Origin: Mycobacteriales bacterium
GTDB taxonomy: Bacteria > Actinomycetota > Actinomycetes > JADGOV01
Assembly: GCA_038232055.1 (NCBI GenBank)
Contig: JBBSIN010000001.1
Span: 15,633-79,632, forward strand
Direction of reading: 5' to 3'
DNA: 64,000 bases
The notes below the pieces were generated by a model. The model was not told where the DNA came from. It saw nothing but the letters and a program-made list of their open reading frames with translations, and did no database searches. Shown piece after piece: positions 60,227 to 64,000 of the stretch. Position numbers and translations under genes: made by a program. The stretch's first letter is position 1. The number at the start of each line of letters is the position of its first letter.

Positions 60227-61767
60227 TTGAGCATGGCCTTCAGCTCGTCCAAGCCCTTCTGGATTCGCTCCTCGATCGCTGTCAGCTCATCGATGAGTTC
60301 TAGAGGCTGCGGGAACTCGACCTCGCGGTACGGCGTCTCCTGGTAGCGGTTGATCGAGAGGTCGTAGCCAGCTGATGCCACTTCGGACTTGGGAACACAG
60401 AACGATTGATCGTCGCGTCTCCGGCCGCGTTCGTTCCCATCTCGCTTCCGCCACCGTGCGAGCACGTCGGGAAGGTTGTTCTTCGCACGCTCGTCCTCAG
60501 TGAGGACTGCGGTGGCGCCGAGCTTGGACTCTGGGAGGAGCGGGGTTCGCTTGTCGTCGAGGCTTCGGCCATCGGCGTGCAGGTCGTAGAACCAGATGTG
60601 GTCGGTGCCTCCCGAGTTCGTCTTGGTGAACAGCAGGATCGCCGTCGAGACGCCCGCGTACGGCTTGAACACGCCAGACGGCAGCGAGACGATCCCATCG
60701 AGCTTCTGATCCTCGACGAGCATCCGCCGGAGTGCCTTGTGAGCGTTCGTAGATCCGAAGAGAACGCCATCCGGGACGATGACAGCCGCGCGCCCGCCGG
60801 GCTTGAGAAGTCGTAGAAACAGGGCGAGAAAGAGCAGCTCTGTCTTCTTCGTCTTCACGACTTGGAGCAGATCCTTCGCGGTCGACTCATAGTCGAGGCT
60901 GCCGGCGAAAGGCGGGTTGGCCAGGACGAGGCTGTAGGCCTCGATGTCGTTCGCATGGTCCTGGGCGAGGCTGTCGCGGTAGGCGATCGCGGGGTTCTCG
61001 ATGCCATGCAGCTGCATGTTCATCGACCCGATGCGGAGCATCGTGTTGTCGAAGTCATAGCCATGGAACATCGACTCGTGGAAGTGCTGGGCATGAGTCG
61101 CGTCGGCCAGCACCGTCGGGTGGTGGCGGCGGAGGTACTCGCCAGCACCGACCAGGAAGCCAGCGGTACCGACGGCTGGATCGCAGATGGTGTCCTTGGG
61201 AGTCGGCGCCATCATCTCGACCATCAGCTCGATGATGTGGCGCGGCGTTCGGAACTGGCCGTTCTGCCCTGCCGTGGCGATCTTGGCGAGCATGTACTCG
61301 TAGACGTCGCCCTTGGTGTCGCGGTCCTCCATCGGGATGGCGTCGAGACCATCGACCGCCTTCTGGAGGAGTCCGGGTGTCGGGATGGTGAACCGCGCAC
61401 CACGCATGTGCTTCCCATGCGTCGTCGTCGCCGTGCGCTCCTGGAGGAACGGGAAGACGTAGTTCTCGACGACGTCGTACATCTCGTTGGCCGGCATGTT
61501 CTTCAGCCGATCCCAGCGCAGGTCCGCGTACGGTCGACCCGTTGTCTGCCCCTCGGGCGTGAACGTGCCATCCGGGAAGATCGGGCGCTCGATGGCAGCG
61601 CCCGTGCGGTTCGCCTTCCGTTCGGCTCGGGTCTCTGCCTCGTCGAGGCCCTTGATGAACAGCAGGAGCGTCAGCTGTTCCATGACTTCGAGCGGATTAG
61701 AGATTCCGCCAGACCAGAAGTCGCTCCAGACCGCGTCGATCCTCGTCTTGAGCTCGCCGGTAATCAT
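60223..61767 (-). CDS. hsdM: Type I RM N6-adenine DNA methyltransferase subunit
   Basis: N-terminal HsdM_N, an N6_Mtase domain with LANPPFAGS (NPPF motif) and a SAM-binding (F/Y)xDPAxGTAGFL. ATG 61767. Confidence 0.85.
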   Translation of the reverse strand: MITGELKTRIDAVWSDFWSGGISNPLEVMEQLTLLLFIKGLDEAETRAERKANRTGAAIERPIFPDGTFTPEGQTTGRPYADLRWDRLKNMPANEMYDVVENYVFPFLQERTATTTHGKHMRGARFTIPTPGLLQKAVDGLDAIPMEDRDTKGDVYEYMLAKIATAGQNGQFRTPRHIIELMVEMMAPTPKDTICDPAVGTAGFLVGAGEYLRRHHPTVLADATHAQHFHESMFHGYDFDNTMLRIGSMNMQLHGIENPAIAYRDSLAQDHANDIEAYSLVLANPPFAGSLDYESTAKDLLQVVKTKKTELLFLALFLRLLKPGGRAAVIVPDGVLFGSTNAHKALRRMLVEDQKLDGIVSLPSGVFKPYAGVSTAILLFTKTNSGGTDHIWFYDLHADGRSLDDKRTPLLPESKLGATAVLTEDERAKNNLPDVLARWRKRDGNERGRRRDDQSFCVPKSEVASAGYDLSINRYQETPYREVEFPQPLELIDELTAIEERIQKGLDELKAMLK

Positions 61768-61777
61768 CGAACGTCGC

Positions 61778-62029
61778 CTACCGCGTACGCCCACCGGCCG
61801 CGCGCCACCGCTCCATCTCGGCTCGGCAGTTCGAACCCGCGGGACCGAAGCCATGCTCGACGAGAAACTCCCCGACGCTGCCGTACCGGAGGTTGATTAC
61901 AGCAGCCTCGGCGAACTTGTCGTGACCCGGGACGAAGAAGTTTCCAGTTGTCGTCTCAGCGCCACACCCGCACCAGCAGTCACCCGTCGGCAGCAGCCGC
62001 CCGGCGCGGTCCCTGATCGTCTCAGCCAT
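61778..62029 (-). CDS. Small Cys-rich protein (83 aa), hypothetical
   Basis: GGAGG 6 nt upstream of ATG 62029. MAETIRDRAGRLLPTGDCWCGCGAE...GHDKF...C... Sits 10 nt upstream of hsdM. Confidence 0.4.
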   Translation of the reverse strand: MAETIRDRAGRLLPTGDCWCGCGAETTTGNFFVPGHDKFAEAAVINLRYGSVGEFLVEHGFGPAGSNCRAEMERWRAAGGRTR

Positions 62030-62155
62030 GCAAGGCCTCCATCCAAGAACTGATGTCTTGGAGTTTGGCCTTGGCGGCCCCTCCAAAGGAAGACCACTGA
62101 AGGCATGACTACATCGAGCTACGGCTTGACTTCGGCGGAGGCCAGGCGGCGCGGC

Positions 62156-62827
62156 CTACCCGAGCTGGAGGCCGTGGAGCGCGAGCGCGGCGCGAAGGTC
62201 CTCGTCATCGCCCCCGAACTCGGTGACGTCGATGACGCCTGGAGCCGCTGGCTCGAAGATCGTCCAGTTCTGCAGATCGTCGCCGTGCTTCGAGAGGTAC
62301 GCGAGTCCGTTCCAACGTCTCGCGCCGCCGGACGTCTGCCCGAACACGTAACGCGAGACGTGCTGCGTGAACGCGCGCGGCGCGGTGAGTCGGAGAGTTG
62401 CAGCATCCAGATCGTGCAGACCGTGGTGGACGACCCGCGCAGCCAGCGCGGTCCGTAGTTCCGCGAGCGACTCGTGGTGTCCGACATCGGCGTAGTCGCC
62501 GACGAGGGTGGCCCGTCCGACGCGGCGCTGGTCGACCCAGGCTGCTGGGACGATCCCGGGTGCCGGCGGCTCCTCGTCGCCTTCCTCGCCGACGATGGCT
62601 TGCAGCTCCGCGACGACCTCGATGTCCGGGCGGTAGTAGGCGAGACACTCGACGAAGGTCGCGACGCGTTGCGTCGAGGCGTACAGGACTCTGTAGATGC
62701 CTTGCGGGTCGTCGTAGCGGTTGCCGAACGTGCCGTCAGCCTCGGCGTAGGCCCAGTCCGGCCACGCCCACGGGTCTGGCCGGCGCCCGAGACGGAAGAC
62801 CTCCGCGGGTACGTCGGCCTGTCTCAC
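62156..62827 (-). CDS. RES-domain toxin
   Basis: ...GNRYDDPQGIYRVLYASTQRVATFVECLA... (R...E...S-type core). Lies downstream of the antitoxin and overlaps it by 4 nt. Confidence 0.65.
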   Translation of the reverse strand: MRQADVPAEVFRLGRRPDPWAWPDWAYAEADGTFGNRYDDPQGIYRVLYASTQRVATFVECLAYYRPDIEVVAELQAIVGEEGDEEPPAPGIVPAAWVDQRRVGRATLVGDYADVGHHESLAELRTALAARVVHHGLHDLDAATLRLTAPRAFTQHVSRYVFGQTSGGARRWNGLAYLSKHGDDLQNWTIFEPAAPGVIDVTEFGGDDEDLRAALALHGLQLG

Positions 62828-63237
62828 CCGCCGACGAGGAAGGCTCGCGCCGCAGCGAGAACGAGCAGACCGACCTCGTCGAGATCACCGTCGCGGAGGA
62901 GTCGAGCCGGCGAGCGGTCCTCGAGGTGAGGATTCAACCCCTGGAACCATGCCTGGACGACGCGTGGCGCGTCGTGCTCGCTTAACAAGAGCGCTACCTG
63001 GAGCGCGAAGCGGAGACGGTCCTCGACCTCGCCCGACTTCGCCTCGCGAGTCCCGTCGGCCCACTGGTGGACCGCTCGCGTCTCGCGAACTCCGCCGATG
63101 TATGCAACGAGCCGAGGGGTGAGCAGATCTCTCAGTTCCTTCGCCGCTGTCGCGAAGGGCACCCGCATCGCGTGCTCATGGGCCTGCAACTCCGGCCTGC
63201 TCATCGTGGCTCCGGCCATGTCACCACCATACAGCAC
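62824..63237 (-). CDS. Xre-like antitoxin of the RES-Xre system (DUF2384/MbcA-ParS family)
   Basis: 137 aa, ...LVAYIGGVRETRAVHQWADG...WFQGLNPHL..., characteristic of MbcA/ParS antitoxins. Confidence 0.6.
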   Translation of the reverse strand: MLYGGDMAGATMSRPELQAHEHAMRVPFATAAKELRDLLTPRLVAYIGGVRETRAVHQWADGTREAKSGEVEDRLRFALQVALLLSEHDAPRVVQAWFQGLNPHLEDRSPARLLRDGDLDEVGLLVLAAARAFLVGG

Positions 63238-63436
63238 CCGAAATCACAGTACAATCACATTCCGAACCACAGCCTAACGCTCGGACCCGCACGGTCATCC
63301 AGCGTGCGACCCACCCAGGGGAACGCGCCGCCGCCTCCCGGCCACTCCAGGCGAAGCCGTCCGGAAGGGGCGACAGCACCGCCCACGAGGTGGCACGTGT
63401 GCGAATACTGGTCGGGTTATGCAGGACGAGACCTCA

Positions 63437-63466
63437 CGGTGGTCTGCGGCGCGGTGGTCTGCGGCG
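63437..63466. repeat. Perfect 15-bp tandem duplication (GGTGGTCTGCGGCGC x2)
   Basis: Seen directly in the sequence, in the AT-richer promoter region upstream of the terminal partial gene. Confidence 0.6.
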
Positions 63467-63507
63467 CGCCGACCCCGGCACGACACGAGACCCCGAGCGC
63501 GCGTCTA

Positions 63508-64000
63508 ATGCCCCCGGACAGACTGAACTCGGGCTTCGATGCAATTCGCCCCTGGCGAGGCTCGACCGCTCGCGGATTCGAGGAACTCTGCTACCAGCTG
63601 TTCAAGTCGGACGCTCCGGAGGGCGTACGAGCGATTCGCACGGGCAACCCGGACGGCGGCGTTGAGTGGTACGCGACCCTTGCCGACGGCGCAGAGTGGG
63701 GGTGGCAAGCCAAGCACGTACACGACGTCGATTCCCTTCTTGACGGCATGACCGAGAGCGTCAGGGCCGTCGTGCGTGATCGGCCGAAGGTCACCAAGCT
63801 GACGTTTCTCATCTCGTCCAACCTCGACACTGCCGTCGGACGTGGTCGCCGCAAGTCCCAGCGCCAGAAGTACGACGACAAGGTGGAGTTCTGGCACACG
63901 TCGATCGCGGGTGCGGCCGACATCGACTTCGAGCTGGTCCAAGAGAGCGACATCCTCAACCGCTTGGCGCTTCCCGAACACGAGGGAAGGCGGTGGTTCT
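63508..64000 (+). CDS. Hypothetical protein, 3' partial; possible N-terminal Mrr-like PD-(D/E)xK nuclease motif
   Basis: Open frame with no stop before the window end, so it is absent from the ORF track. MPPDRLNSGFDAIRPWRGSTARGFEELCYQLF...NPDGGVEWYATLADGAEWGWQAKHV (D..E.. then QAK). Confidence 0.45.
   Translation, partial: MPPDRLNSGFDAIRPWRGSTARGFEELCYQLFKSDAPEGVRAIRTGNPDGGVEWYATLADGAEWGWQAKHVHDVDSLLDGMTESVRAVVRDRPKVTKLTFLISSNLDTAVGRGRRKSQRQKYDDKVEFWHTSIAGAADIDFELVQESDILNRLALPEHEGRRWF

Larger units (their letters stand above)
46498..64000. mobile_element. tRNA-Arg-associated integrative (mobilisable) genomic island with defence cargo; right end not in window
   Basis: Begins at the tRNA 3' end. 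Carries a tyrosine integrase, XRE and HTH regulators, a MobF relaxase, a type I RM system, a toxin-antitoxin pair and DUF4238 genes. Several genes are frameshifted. Lower GC is visible by eye in places. Confidence 0.55.

Noticed and set aside
62105-62458. 117-aa + strand ORF
   Set aside because: Fully antisense to the RES toxin gene, with no SD. Treated as spurious.
46498-64000. attR, a direct repeat of the tRNA-Arg 3' end marking the right island border
   Set aside because: No convincing copy of GGTTCGAGTCCCTCCGAGCGCG was found by eye within the window. The only partial similarity is a 10-nt CCGAGCGCGC at ~63493, which is too short. The border is probably beyond position 64000.

Overview
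High-GC actinobacterial chromosome segment. The conserved gene set points to the Mycobacteriales or a close relative: bpa, serS, the mprA-mprB-pepD operon, mscR with an MBL-fold hydrolase, F420/LLM oxidoreductases and arcA.

Bases 1 to about 46.4 kb are densely packed housekeeping and metabolic operons, many with 4-nt GTGA/ATGA start-stop overlaps. Notable content:
- a larB-larC-UPF0016 transporter operon directly after serS;
- a TPP riboswitch in front of cytX-tenA;
- a conserved cluster of a membrane protein, a GT2, a DUF2064 protein and a methyltransferase;
- two tRNA genes, Ser-GCU and Arg-ACG.

tRNA-Ser is followed by a small islet carrying a YciI-like gene, a vapBC module whose antitoxin lacks a canonical start, and a tiny acidic ORF.

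tRNA-Arg is followed by a genomic island of at least 17.5 kb that runs off the window end. It carries:
- a UvrD-like helicase broken by a frameshift;
- a tandem pair of DUF4238-like genes;
- an intact tyrosine integrase;
- XRE and HTH regulators;
- a MobF relaxase-helicase broken by at least two frameshifts;
- a complete type I restriction-modification system with a half-size HsdS;
- a small Cys-rich ORF;
- a RES/Xre toxin-antitoxin pair;
- the start of a gene with an Mrr-like PD-(D/E)xK motif.

Two unusually long intergenic regions between convergent genes, about 6.31 to 6.55 kb and 17.54 to 18.18 kb, are filled with short tandem repeats. They share a composite architecture, [GTCCGAG]n - ACCTGCGGA-containing spacer - [CTCGGAC]n, that no annotated feature explains.
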